A DNA stretch of 64,000 nucleotides from Tetramitus jugosus (taxonomy: Eukaryota; Protista; Heterolobosea), in NCBI GenBank assembly GCA_937625935.1, contig OW569369.1, forward strand, positions 62,001-126,000, given 5' to 3'. Below the pieces are notes generated by a model, which was given only the letters and a program-made list of their open reading frames with translations, did no database searches and was not told the origin of the DNA. Position 1 is the first letter of the stretch, and each line of letters begins with the position of its first letter. Position numbers and translations under genes: made by a program. Positions 1-11,969 of the stretch are shown here, in pieces.

Positions 1-295
1 CCTTTAGTTTCTCAAGTAAAGGCATGGAAGCCACGCTTGGAATTCCCTTCTCCTTCACTGCTAATTCTCCGCTTGTGAACACATTTTGTTCGAATTGACC
101 TGGCTTGTACACCAAGTGCAACAACAACCGAATGACAAAGTTTACAATCTGAGACAATAACAAAATGCATTCACGAATAAATGTTTTGATGTACTCGACG
201 CACATGAAGATGTACGCGTCGAGAACCTTGTAAATGATCACAGTCAAGTACGATGATTTCTTGTAATTGTGTGAGGATGAAGCGTTTTTACCCAT
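1..295 (-). CDS. 5' part of a hypothetical protein with a hydrophobic N-terminal segment (runs off the window)
   Basis: ATG at 295 on the minus strand opens MGKNASSSHNYKKSSYLTVIIYKVLDAYIFMCVEYIKTFIRECILLLSQIVNFVIRLLLHLVYKPGQF..., with no stop before the window edge. It is divergent from DCTN5. Confidence 0.5.
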   Translation of the reverse strand, partial: MGKNASSSHNYKKSSYLTVIIYKVLDAYIFMCVEYIKTFIRECILLLSQIVNFVIRLLLHLVYKPGQFEQNVFTSGELAVKEKGIPSVASMPLLEKLK

Positions 296-448
296 GTTGT
301 GTCTGCATTTGCTTTTTTGAGTGTTTGTCCAATCAAGAAGATTTGAACGAAAGCTTTGTGGATCAGAGATCGCAGAAACCAAAAGAGTTCTTATTTTTGG
401 ATTGCGAGTTTTTTGGCGCTTTCACTGTTTACTGCTGATCGAGTTAGG

Positions 449-1035
449 ATGGAGCCTCTACCTGTGATTTCGAACTATATGACGACCAGTGGAGGGAGTA
501 AGATCACTAACACTTCAGCCCTCTATGGTTTGCACAACATTACGGGAAACAAGTACATTGTGACAGAAGGAACGGTGATCAGAGCTGACTTGGCTCCAAT
601 AAAAATTGGTGTCTACTCAGTTGTCAGGCCAGGAGCTGTTGTTAGACCTCCGGTATCCCTCACAACCAGGTATGGAACTATTCTTTTTGTTCAAAGGGAG
701 ATCTCAACTAATGAACTTCATGTAGCACAACCTACCTGCCGGTTCTCATCGGAGACTATGTTCATATCGGTGAGGGAAGTGTTGTTCAAGCGAATGACAT
801 CGGCAATTATGTTCACATTGGAAATAATTGTGTAATTGGACCCAGATGCAAACTGAAGGATGCTTGTCGTATCGCTGATAACACGGTACTTCCACCAGAC
901 ACAACAGTTCCCTCCTACACTCTTTTTGGGGGCAATCCTGGACGATATCTCGAAGACTTACACGAACCCATTGATTATTCAATGAGAGAGAAACTCACTC
1001 AATACTACAACAATTTTACCAACCAATTCTTCTAA
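449..1035 (+). CDS. DCTN5: Dynactin subunit 5 (p25), left-handed beta-helix protein; one intron 670-725
   Basis: The spliced product contains GTVIRADLAPIKIGVYSVVRPGAVVRPP, IGDYVHIGEGSVV, IGNYVHIGNNCVIGPRCKLKDACRIADNTVLPPDTTVPSYTLFGGNPG, which is the p25 hexapeptide-repeat pattern. The GT...AG intron restores the frame. Confidence 0.9.
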
Positions 1036-1175
1036 TGATTGTAAAGACCCCACCAGTCGCGTTCAGATTACTCCTCTCATCCCGCCCTGCGTCAAAAAAG
1101 TTCATTTTCTTTCAAAAGGAAAACAACAACAAAAAAAAAAAGTTGCCCACAAGCGAAAATTGCAATTTCGACATC

Positions 1176-4100
1176 ATGCATGAGGCACTAAGCTACACGA
1201 TACACTCATCTTCTCACTCTATCCCTCCTCATCTCCCTCAAAATATCTTAGTCAATCAACCAAAAGTCTTAGATTCACGATGGTCCACTCACTCTTCACT
1301 CTCAACTAGCGGCGATGCATCCATGATGAAACTACGAAGTACCACCAACAGTCATGAAAACATGTTTTTCTCATCACAACAACAACAACAACAACAACAA
1401 CACTATAGCATTATTGATTCTCAACAACAACAACAACAACAATTCTGTGTCAACAATGATATCATACAAGGTCTTCAGCAGCACCATGAAACACCACCAT
1501 CCGCAGAGGAGAAATTTATTATTATCAAATTGGAACATGCGAGCATCGTACATTCCATTTCCTTTGGCAAATATCACAAAGGTATATTTGAACGACGACA
1601 CCATAGTTGTCATTTTATTGTGTTGTTGCAATCTTTATTTGTTGTTGAATGCTAAACGATGGGAGTATTGTTGTCATGTATTTTCGAATATATAATCTCA
1701 TGATGAGTAGCTCATCCATGCAATATGAAAGAGTTCAAGGTGTATGGTTGTGTCGATGAATCCATTACAGACAGTTCAGTCTTTTTTTGTCTGTTGCACT
1801 CGAGTATGTGTCCTGTGTTGATGGCCTTAATTGTGTGTTCCTCCTCTGCTTAACAATTTCATAATGCGTGAGCTCACACCATTGATTTTGCATTGTTGTT
1901 ATTATTGTGGTCGTGGCTTCAATTTAGAGTTGAGAGATGATACGAAAACCGAAACGTTTCCTCTGAAATATGTGTTGCGGACTCCAGAGTATGGCACATT
2001 GTTTCTGACTGTTCGATATTTGAAAATTGAAGCGATTAGTACATGGTCACTCCATCATTTCCCTTCCATATGGTATGTTGGAGTGAGTGGAGAGGGTCCA
2101 GGCCCTTATTCGGTCGTTCCAGACGTTGAAAACGTGATTAAGATGGTATGTGCTCAATGAAAAACTAGAATATCTTGTGTTTTGATACAACACAATCCCA
2201 TACATCTTGAGTGTGTGCTAATGGTGTTGCTGTTGTTGTGCTTAGTTTTTTGAAGCAGAGAAAATGAAATGCTTTTTGGATCACTTGAGGCGATCGAATG
2301 AAACTCGTTTGTTTGGCGAGGTTCTCTCTGCTTGCAAATCGAGGTTTTCTCTATTAAGTAAAAACTGGATGATGGAACACCCTATATTAAGTGATTTGTA
2401 TACGGAATTGGTGGTGAATGGTAATTTTGTAAAATGCGAACAATTGATTGACAAGGCGAGATCTAATGGATTGTTTGAATGGTATCATGCAACTCAGTTA
2501 AAGTATTCATGCAGTTGGACCTATGTACCGAAGGTGGGAGAGACTCCAGAGATGCGTGGCGGACATCAGTTATGTCTCGATTCCCAAAATGGAGATCATG
2601 TCTATTTGATTGGTGGATGGAATGGCACAAAAGATTTGAGTGATTTTTGGCAGTTTGATCTGAGGAGTCAATCGTGGAAATGTATCAGCTCAGATACTCA
2701 AAAGTACGTTTTTATTTGTTGTTCTTATGTGTTTTGATGATACTACATGTGATATTCACTGTGTACGTACACAATAACAGAGATGGAGGACCTGCAGCAC
2801 TCAGTTGCCACAAGATGGTGTACGATTCAAAACGGAATAGAATTTATGTATTTGGAAGATACACTGATTCGACAGCTTGTCCCGCACCTTTTTATTGTTA
2901 TGATTTCCCAACTGGCATATGGGTTAAACTCTCCGACGATACGAGCCTAGATGGTGGACCGCCTGTATTGTATGACCATCAGATGGTGATTGACAGTGAT
3001 TGCTCAAATATTTATATTTTAGGTGGCAAAACTTTTTCAAGTGGTAAGGCATCTCCAGGATTGTACGTGTATGATATTGAAAATCAGAAATGGACAAAGA
3101 AACAAATTGTTAGTGACAATGTGGATAATAATGCTATTAAGAGCATAGCATGTTCCTTGGAGGATAGATATGCTCACTCAATGTGCACCCTGAACGACAA
3201 ATCAATCTACATATTTGGAGGAGTACACCAAAAAGATCATGTGAGGTATGCGGGACACAATTCTTGTTTGTTAAATCCATTTTACTCACTATTATCTCCT
3301 AAATAGAGAACTACATCATTTTCGCTACTGTCAAAACACTATAGATCAAGTATCAATGTTTGATTTACAGAGAGAAGTGGAAGAGTCCTCTCCTTATGAC
3401 ATTCCTAACAATATTACTAATTCAGCCGTTTTTCATCAATCGATGTCAGCTAACTCCAGCAGAAAAGAGTTGTTTATACTTGGAAATGGATGGATGACAA
3501 CACCGCTGGTTGAGAGCCAAGGTGTATCATTCAATTCAAACTACAATAGCAGAAATGGTATGTCAATATTCAAAACTTGCTCTGTGTGAAACAAGTATTA
3601 AACACGAACACTATTGATTACTGACTGTTCTGAATAGATTTATGGGTTTATGACATCACGAATGATCAATGGAATCATATAAGCACTTTGCTGCAAAGAA
3701 CGTCAGATGTTACTACGATTGATCAAACTCCGCTCCCTCGGTTCGGTACACATTTTGTTTACAGCGAAAAGCACGATGTTCATATACTGTTTGGAGGCAA
3801 TGCTGGAGATTTACTGCCTCCAAATGAACGATTAGACGATTTGTGGCTGTTTAGATGCTCGAAACCCACTATTGACGAATCTGTTGTTCGTTTGTCAAAA
3901 CTGCTTTTGAGACAACGATTATTTCTCGAACAATACACGCTTATGTCAAACCTTGAAAGTATAGGGTACATTCGATCAAACATTACACCACTAATCAACA
4001 ATGATCGACCAGAGGAACAAGCTCTGCTACAGAATCTAATATCGTTAATTATGTATGACAAGGAGTCCAGAGACTTCTCATCACAACAAGGTAACCGATT

Positions 4101-4194
4101 GCTATGTTTCGATGAGTTGTGTAAGTTTTGGAATCCAAATTATTTTGCACAGAAGAATAGTGCTCGTATGAATAGACCACTTTCTTTTGAATAA
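1176..4194 (+). CDS. MKLN1: Muskelin (discoidin-like N-domain, LisH/CTLH, kelch repeats); six introns 1582-1710, 1804-1927, 2146-2245, 2704-2780, 3246-3306, 3558-3637
   Basis: PQNILVNQPK..SRWS, FIIIKLEHASIVHSISFGKYHKAHPCNMKEFKVYG, MEHPILSDLYTELVVNGNF, PEMRGGHQLC, GGWNGTKDLSDFW and FGGNAG..RLDDLW match muskelin. All six GT-AG introns keep the frame. Confidence 0.9.
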
Positions 4195-4283
4195 AGAACA
4201 CAACAGCACAGTGATCAACATCACGATAGGTAGAGCATGTGCATTAATGTACAACGATTTATTAGATCAGAGGTGCAGAAGGT

Positions 4284-4544
4284 TTATCTGACACAGTCAC
4301 AGCTAGAGCAATTGCAGGAGATTGTGTGTTGGTTACAGTTATTGCATTGGTGGCAATCCTTACAACTGCAGTCCTGGCAGTTGCAAGACTCACAATCACA
4401 GTTACAGTTGCCACACTTGTGAGTTGTCATTTGTCTGGAACTACTGTGAACTTTACAGTTTGGACATGTGCAATCAGCTCCACATTGGCAATTAGAACCA
4501 CATTGGCATGATCCGCCTTTTCCACAGCTTGGGCATTGAGTCAT
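4284..4544 (-). CDS. Metallothionein-like cysteine-rich protein (86 aa, 24 Cys)
   Basis: MTQCPSCGKGGSCQCGSNCQCGADCTCPNCK...MTTHKCGNCNCDCESCNCQDCSCKDCHQCNNC...CNCSSCDCVR has CxC/CxxC repeats and no Phe, Trp or Tyr. Confidence 0.75.
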   Translation of the reverse strand: MTQCPSCGKGGSCQCGSNCQCGADCTCPNCKVHSSSRQMTTHKCGNCNCDCESCNCQDCSCKDCHQCNNCNQHTISCNCSSCDCVR

Positions 4545-4730
4545 TGTTGCTTGTTTTTCAGTTTGTTGGTTTCCTCTGTTTTTTCTAAGATCAAACTGCA
4601 GTTGGATCAATTTTGTAGCCAGTCAACTTCTGTGGGAATTCCAAAATAATAAAGGAGAAACACAAGAATAGCAACTGAACAGAACCTGTGATGGCCGCAA
4701 CACATCTTGAGCATTTTTTTTCCGAACGAT

Positions 4731-4840
4731 GGTGAAGTGCGACAGCTGCCACGTTCAACATTGTAAAGTGGAGCAGTTAACTGGCGTTATCGTTGGTTCT
4801 ATAGATCGTTTCGTACTTCACCTGACTGTTCTGAGCTTTA
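4731..4840 (+). other. Structured intergenic element, candidate ncRNA
   Basis: A 12-bp terminal helix GGTGAAGTGCGA (4731-4742) / TCGTACTTCACC (4811-4822) with one G-U pair encloses an internal hairpin and is followed by TTTT at 4837-4840. Confidence 0.3.
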
Positions 4841-4906
4841 AAAGACAAGCTCTCACCTCTGAAATCATACCTCAACAAAAAACAAATTTAACTAAACTAA
4901 CACACT

Positions 4907-5564
4907 ATGCCTCTGAAGAAGGCTACTCATCAATTCCACAACAAGAACAAGATTGTCTTTAGTCGTAAGAAGAAGGACCAACATCAAGAACCAACCAGCA
5001 ACGTAGGTGTTAATAGCTCTAGATCATTGGCGGCCACCAAGCGAAGTTCTGACAGGCAAAAGCCAGTTTCAAGATCAAAGAGAGCTGGTTTGAGCTTTCC
5101 TATTGGTAGAATAGATCGTTTTCTGAGAAAAGGCAGGTATGCTCCTCGTATCTCTTGTGGAGCCAGTGTCTTCATGACATCAGTTCTGGAGTATTTATCT
5201 GCTGAGGTATTAGTATGTAAGCTTTCCTTTTTCAACAAATATCAATTGAATATTAACCTCCTAACACTATATTACTAGGAGCTTGCTGGAAATGCATGTA
5301 TTGATAATAACAAAAGGAGACTAACTCCTCGTCATATTTTGCTGGCCATCAAGAACGATGATGAATTAGCTGTTTTGTTAAAGAAAACCACCATATCTGC
5401 AGGAGGAGTTCTTCCTAGGTAAGTAATTTGGTATTTTGCAAATCAATGTCTTCTTAAGCCCTTCTAATTACCTCATTGTGAGCAGCATTCACAGTGCATT
5501 GCTACCAAAGAAGAGTGGTCAACCACAAACAGTGAATACTCCTGTCAATCACTCTTCTGAATAA
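4907..5564 (+). CDS. H2A: Histone H2A variant with a long basic N-terminal tail; introns 5213-5278 and 5419-5485
   Basis: [48 protein letters not shown]|[47 protein letters not shown]|IHSALLPKK is a histone H2A fold. Confidence 0.95.
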
Positions 5565-5754
5565 GAAGTCATTTGTAGATGTGTTTTGTGAAGTCTGTAG
5601 CTTTTTCCGGGAGCGATAGCCAATGGTATTTTTATCATTCTGGCAGTGTGTCCCAAAACGTCGAAAAGAGTCAAATAAAACACTTGTGTTTCAACAATTC
5701 ACTATTCCAAAACTACTTCAATTGTTCCAGATTGATCTACCAGAGTAAAGACAA

Positions 5755-8046
5755 ATGACCTCCTTCGTAGACCATTTAATGTATGGATTCTTATTTATCC
5801 CCCTGTTGCTGATTCACCTGATCGACATTTTGTCTTTCTATGTTCTGCACTGGATCAAGGGATCTTCAATTATGAGTTTTGACTCCATGTATCCCTCCAG
5901 AAGAAAGGAGAAAAAGGCGATACCAGTGTCGGAGCAAGACCTGTCATCGAAATCTACAACAGAAACGGCTCCCTACAGAAATTTGAGGCACTTGGAAAAA
6001 TTGTTGGAAACACCTGTCGCAGATGTTACAACATTGGACGGATTATTAGATTGGGCAGGACAAAAATATCGAGACCAACCTGCCATTGGCCGAAGAATAC
6101 TCGAGAAAGTGGAAGAGAAGGTGATCACCAAACACAAAGCTCCTGCATCAAATCAAGATGACAAGTCGAGTACACCTCCGACATCTCCGGCAACATCTGT
6201 TGCTGCAAAGCCAAAAACATGGAAAATTTCTCACTTCAAACCAGATATCCAATGGTTGACATACGCTGAATTCGCCCAGAGAGTTAGAGCTGTCGCACAA
6301 GGTTTACAAAAGTTGATTCCTGAAAAAGAATCTTCAAGTAGATTGATGATATTTGAAAACACATGTATGGAATGGATGATTACAGCACATGCTTGCTTCA
6401 GATCGAATATTGTCCTTTCGACAGTTTATGCCAACTTGGGCTCCAAAGCACTTATTGCAGCAATCAATGAAACTGAAACTTCCATCCTTTTCACAAATGT
6501 CAATGAAGTGAAACAGATTGGAGATCGTTTGGCACAAGAATGTCCAAAACTCAAACACATTATTTGCAATTTAGACGGAATTCCTGAAGTTCAAAGAAAA
6601 GACTATCCCATTCCCTCTATACAATCATCTTCCATTAAGATATTGAGTTTGAAAGAGGTGGAACAATTGGGAGAGCAAAAACAGAAGCAAACAGAAGAGA
6701 AGCCCCAAAAGGACGGCAATGACCTTGCCTGTATCATGTACACGTCTGGAACAACCGGAAAGCCAAAGGGAGTTCAATTGACTCACAAACAAGTCTTGAG
6801 TTGCATTGCAGGTATTAACGATATACTCGAGGATGACAGGAGTGTCGGAAAGAGCTTGAAACTAGATTTCCTCGGCTACCTGCCATTGGCTCACATCTTG
6901 GAGTTTGTTGCTGAGCATGTCATGCTAGTGCGAGGTGGTACTATTGGATATGGAAGTCCAAGGACGATTACGAGTAGTGGAGCGAGACCTTGTGGTGATC
7001 TTGATGCATTCCAACCCACAGCTCTGATTGGTGTGCCCAAAATGTTTGAAACCATTCGAAAGAAGGCCATTGAAAAACTCAAATCAACAGGCCCATTGGG
7101 CAAAGGACTATTCGACACCGCCTTCTCATTCAAGCTGGCGTCAGTGAAAGCAGGAAGGGCCACACCAATATGGGACGCTCTCTTCTTCAACAAGTTCAAG
7201 AAATTAATTGGTGGAAAGGTTCAAATTATGCTAAGTGGTGGAGCACCGTTGGGAGCAGAGAGCCACGAGTTTATGAGGGTGTGTTTCGGAGCGACATTTA
7301 TTCAGGGATATGGGTTGACTGAGAGCGCTGGTGCAGTATCAATTCAAGGTGTGTTCGATCCTTTCGAAACACACTCCGTCGGAGTACCTATTGCTTCTTG
7401 TGAAGTAAAGCTCATCTCTCAACCAGAGATGGGCTATCTCGTTTCTGATAAACCTTGCCCTCGTGGTGAACTCGCCGTTCGAGGTAACAATATAACACAA
7501 GGTTACTATCAACAGGAAGATGAGACGAAGAAGGCGTTCCATGATGGGTGGTTCTTAACTGGAGACATTGCAGAGTTCAACTGGGATGGTGTCATAAAAA
7601 TTGTAGATAGAAAGAAGAATCTGGTCAAGTTGTCTGGAGGTGAATATATCGCGGTTGAACATCTGGAGTCCTTGTATGGCACGAGCGACCTTGTGTCCAA
7701 TATAATGATCTATGCTGACCAAAGTCAAGATGCTCCTGTTGCGTTGGTCGTTCCAAACTTTAAGCCCATTCAGGAATGGGCTAAGAAGAACAACTTGCCA
7801 GCAGAAGACAAAGAAAAGCTAGCAAAGAGTAAGCGAGTCAACGACTATGTGAAAAAGAGTTTGTTAGAAGCAGTGGGAGGCGAACTTAAGTCCTTTGAAA
7901 AGATTCGAGATGTTCGTTTGGTGCCTGGTGACTGGACTGTTGAAAATGATTGCCTGACGGCAGCTCAGAAACTCAAGAGAAACACCATTGAAAAGAGACA
8001 CAAGGATCTGTTGGAGGAAATGAAGCAACAAATCAGCGAATCATAA
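5755..8046 (+). CDS. Long-chain fatty acyl-CoA synthetase with an N-terminal membrane anchor
   Basis: AMP-binding motif IMYTSGTTGKPKG, plus GYLPLAHILE, QGYGLTE, GWFLTGDI and DRKKNLVKLSGGEYIAVE. Confidence 0.95.
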   Translation: MTSFVDHLMYGFLFIPLLLIHLIDILSFYVLHWIKGSSIMSFDSMYPSRRKEKKAIPVSEQDLSSKSTTETAPYRNLRHLEKLLETPVADVTTLDGLLDWAGQKYRDQPAIGRRILEKVEEKVITKHKAPASNQDDKSSTPPTSPATSVAAKPKTWKISHFKPDIQWLTYAEFAQRVRAVAQGLQKLIPEKESSSRLMIFENTCMEWMITAHACFRSNIVLSTVYANLGSKALIAAINETETSILFTNVNEVKQIGDRLAQECPKLKHIICNLDGIPEVQRKDYPIPSIQSSSIKILSLKEVEQLGEQKQKQTEEKPQKDGNDLACIMYTSGTTGKPKGVQLTHKQVLSCIAGINDILEDDRSVGKSLKLDFLGYLPLAHILEFVAEHVMLVRGGTIGYGSPRTITSSGARPCGDLDAFQPTALIGVPKMFETIRKKAIEKLKSTGPLGKGLFDTAFSFKLASVKAGRATPIWDALFFNKFKKLIGGKVQIMLSGGAPLGAESHEFMRVCFGATFIQGYGLTESAGAVSIQGVFDPFETHSVGVPIASCEVKLISQPEMGYLVSDKPCPRGELAVRGNNITQGYYQQEDETKKAFHDGWFLTGDIAEFNWDGVIKIVDRKKNLVKLSGGEYIAVEHLESLYGTSDLVSNIMIYADQSQDAPVALVVPNFKPIQEWAKKNNLPAEDKEKLAKSKRVNDYVKKSLLEAVGGELKSFEKIRDVRLVPGDWTVENDCLTAAQKLKRNTIEKRHKDLLEEMKQQISES

Positions 8047-8076
8047 AATCAAGCATAGCTTATGCAAAAAGACAAT

Positions 8077-11000
8077 TTACTTTTTAATGTTTTGAGAAAT
8101 GATATGTGTGTACTCCATAATCTTGGTACGAGCATTACCATGACTGGCGTGAATCAAGTTTGTAAAGTGATCTGCGGCCTCCTCTTCAGTTTTGCCAGCA
8201 ATAATACACTTTTGCACCCAGCTGACATCCTCAACACATTGTAACTCTGGAATTCCTGTGCCTATCATCAATCTAAGAAGATTCATAATCAAGTCACTGT
8301 TCTTTCTGATAATATTATACGATTCACAACTCAACTTCTTGAACAAAGCAAACTGCTCACTTTCAAATCCATTGAGAACGTGTGAATACATGTTTGTGAA
8401 CACAAAGGCAGCATTCTCTCTCTTGATGCCCAACTTCTTCTTGTAGTTACCTAAGAAGTGACCAAAATCGATATGGAAAAGATCACCACACTCTTGCAAC
8501 ATAATGTTGTCATTGTGACGATCACCAATACCAAGTACATAGGTGGCAACACAATAAGCAGAAACTGATCTGGCAAAGTTCTCAACAATGAGCTTCCATT
8601 CAGAGTCTGTTGGATTATTCTTTTGTCGTAACCATGCTTCCAAAGGTTCCTTCTTGAACACAGCAGAAGATCCACCGTATTCTGTCGTAATATTTGCAAT
8701 GGTTTCTGATTTTTGAACAACTTCGATAAATCCGTTCATGTCACCACAAGACACACAACCATAAATCTTCATGTGCAAGTTGAGGCCATTGATTCTCCAC
8801 AGACTGTCCATGATAGACAAAAGTTGCAATGTAAGTGAATCCTGTCTAATGTCATCACCAGCCTTGAAAATCACAGGCAAGCAACCTCCCTCTGGATCGT
8901 CAGTGTTTTCGAAAACGAGCCACAGAGGTAGCTTCTTGCTACCCATGACCTTGCACTTGCTCACAATTAGATTGGTGACTTCCATTCTAGGATTCAATGG
9001 CAGGACACACTTTTTGAATTGATAGTCCTTGAGTAAATCTTGGAAATAGAACTTACGTTCCTGAACAGACTTTGTGTTATACCTCTTAACCTTCAGTGCA
9101 AATTCCAACAACTGATTCACCAATGAGATTTGGTTCGTGAGTTGGATTCTGTGACTGTTGGCAGCCTTCAAATACTCCTCAATTACTAAAATGAATCGCT
9201 CCTTGCACTGAGAGTTGTGCAATTCGGCCTTCAGACTCCAGAAGAGTGAATGACCGATTTGATGTGTGCTCCTGAGTGCTCTCTCGATCAAGAGACGAGC
9301 CAATGGTGAGTCATGGTACAACTCATTCTTCAGACACTGGACCAATTGCAACAAGAACAAATTGAATTGATCATCTGGCAACTCTGATATAATATTGACA
9401 GCATACTGTCTAATCTCAGTGTCTGCATATCGAAGGTCAAGCAATTCGAGTGCATTAATAGGTTCGGCCCTCTTCCATCCGTGGAGGAACTGACGAGCAA
9501 GCTGAACAGCCTTTGGATATCTCCATGGAACGGACAACAGGAACTTGCTCAGTGCCTTTGGATTGTCTTGCAATTTCTTGGCAAAGTGATACATGCGCCA
9601 CTTTTCTCTCTCATTCATCTCATAGAGACAACCAGAGTTAATAATGGTGTTCAACTCTGTAACGATATCATTCATCATATTCGGATATTTTTTTGTCATT
9701 TTCATCTGATACTCAGAGTATGATGTGATCAAGTGCTTTGGAAGTGTTCCACTCTCCGTGTACACGACTGGTGTGAGATTGGTTGTGAATTCAATAGTGA
9801 TTGTACAGGCTGGATCGAACTGATTAATGAGACTGACCTTTGTTGGTTCTGTGCCCGGAAGGACTGGCCACATCCTCAGCTTCTTCTTACCACTAACCAA
9901 GACACAATTGTCTTCAATCAATGGGAAACGAACAATAAAAATAGGGACATCCGAGTCCAAACGCCTGTTCTGAGTCTCGGCAGATGCCTTGGATGAAACT
10001 CTGTGCAAAACAGTGATTTGAGCAATGCTCTCTCTTGGAAGATCGTGCCATGGCAGATCCTCAAACACCAAATTTTGATTCCATGTGCACAAGTGTTCCG
10101 ATGGATTGAGTTTGATTGCATTGGTGTATTTTGGTCCATTGTCAGTCAATCGTGAATCAGCGTACAACACATCAAACTCCACTAAGATATCTTCATTGAG
10201 CAATTGATCCTCGACTGATTTGGCCAATTGAGGCACGTGTGACAGATTTGATGCCGACACATCACCCAAGGAGACTATTTTACAGAGAACTGGACCTGTT
10301 TGATCCCAGAGTGGAGTCACAGATGGTTTCGTCTGAGCCTTGATATCATCATAATTGTAGGACACGCGTCTCTCTCTCTCATAGGCACAATCCATGTCTA
10401 TCGAGCTCAGAATCGTATCAATCAAAACACTGCTGTTTCCAATGGCATCTACCGCACTAATGAGTGCAATATCGACTTTTTTGAGGCCCTTTTGGATGGC
10501 GTCCTGTATGAATTCGTACTCTCCGAGCTTGAACTCTTGTCCGAACATGTACTGTGCGGAACCAATAATCTTTATGGTCCAATTCTTTGGGTTTGTATCA
10601 TCCAAGTCATCAAATGCCTTGTTGGATGTAATCTTTGTGAAGAATTGAGTAATGAGGGCATCAGGAGTCACATCTCTCGCACCAATCAACGATTTGCTAA
10701 TATGCTCTACACACACGGACAACAAAAAAATTCAATGTTAGCTCAAGCTCTCTCTCACACACACTCCAATTGACATCAAAAAAAAAGGGCGCCAAAGAAT
10801 CCTCTTTACGATGAAAAAATCATCTGTGGTGGGTGACTTGACAACCACACACATCACAACACACATAAGACAAACAAGCAGAGACAAAAAAAAAGCTCAC
10901 ACATACTGCCATTCCATAAAAACTGTATAGACACCAGCAAAGGTACCTTTGATGGTGGTAGTGTATCCTTTCTCGTAAAAACTGGCAAAACCTTTCTTAT

Positions 11001-11312
11001 ATCGTCCAAGGAAACATTTGCTGTGCCTCCTAAATGTCCCTGAATCAAATTATTCATTTTCCTAGTGAATGTGTTTGCCTCTGCATTCTTCTCAACAGGT
11101 GCCTTCTCCAATCCAAGATACATGTTCAAATCAAACTCTACGCCATTGAAATCAAGCATGTTCCATTCAGTGTGCTGTTCTTTTCTAAGCAACACCTTCT
11201 TCTCCAAATCATCGACATTGTGTTGATATTCCTCATATTCTTCGATGGTATTCTCCTCTATTATTATGTCTGTCGATTCGTCTTGTTGTTGTTGTTGTTG
11301 AATTGTTGACAT
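8077..11312 (-). CDS. Class I-like phosphatidylinositol 3-kinase (Ras-binding, C2, helical and kinase domains); intron 10707-10906
   Basis: Kinase motifs KCKVMGSKKLPLWLVF, IFKAGDDIRQD, YCVATYVLGIGDRHNDNIM and FHIDFGHFLG. A phase-1 GT-AG intron joins ORF 10854-11324 to ORF 8077-10725 (...LWNG-K-HISKSL...). Confidence 0.93.
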
Positions 11313-11848
11313 TGTTTTTTGCACGTGTTCTTGTTGTTATTGTTGGTATCAATATTTGTATTTTTATATATAATATAGATGGTGATGATGGTGATGAAGA
11401 ACCGTATGTAACAAAAAAAATAACTGTTGTTGCTGTTGTTGTTGCTCTCTTGATGTCAAAAAAAAAACGAACTCTGTTTTGTTTCGTGTTTGTTACGTGT
11501 AAGTCGTGTGGTATGCGTTGTTGAGTTCAGATTTGTTTCACTCAATGGGTTGTTGTTTTTGTTCTTCTCCCTGGAGGGCGTGATGTGAGATTGAACGTAC
11601 TTGACAAGCGTGCTCAGAATCAATTCGTGACGTGATAAAATGGCAAGTGACAACTTCTCTTCTTGAACTTAATTCGGCCCGACATGTTGTAAAACCAGTA
11701 TTTTTTGATGTTTGACACTATGACAAGTGAGATATATCAAAATGCAGAAGGACACCCAAGCACACCACATCAATTGCTTAGTTCAAAAAATGAAAAGTCT
11801 GTATTGAAAGCGGCCCAAAAACTTGTAGACCTGAATGATGAAAACATA

Positions 11849-11922
11849 TACGATTGACCGGGATCGAACCGGCGACCTTGAGCGTGTTAAGCTCACGATC
11901 TAACCAACTGATCTACAACCGC
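11849..11922 (-). tRNA. tRNA-Val (anticodon AAC)
   Basis: The reverse complement GCGGTTG TA GATC AGTTGGTTA GATC G TGAGC TTAACAC GCTCA AGGTC GCCGG TTCGATC CCGGT CAATCGT A folds as a cloverleaf with A/B boxes. A TTTT Pol III terminator lies a few bases downstream (11841-11844 on the minus strand). Confidence 0.95.
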
Positions 11923-11951
11923 TTATATCCTTGCGGATCCACCCAGTTTCG

Positions 11952-11969
11952 AACATCGATTTCGCGCAG
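11952..11969 (+). repeat. Left target-site duplication (AA)CATCGATTTCGCGCAG
   Basis: Identical to 14763-14780. The two leading A's are ambiguous with the poly(A) tail, so the duplication is 16-18 bp. Confidence 0.95.

Noticed and set aside
11931-11969. TTG start of the 916-aa ORF given in the ORF track
   Set aside because: These codons lie in host flank and the target-site duplication. The element begins at 11970 and has no native start.
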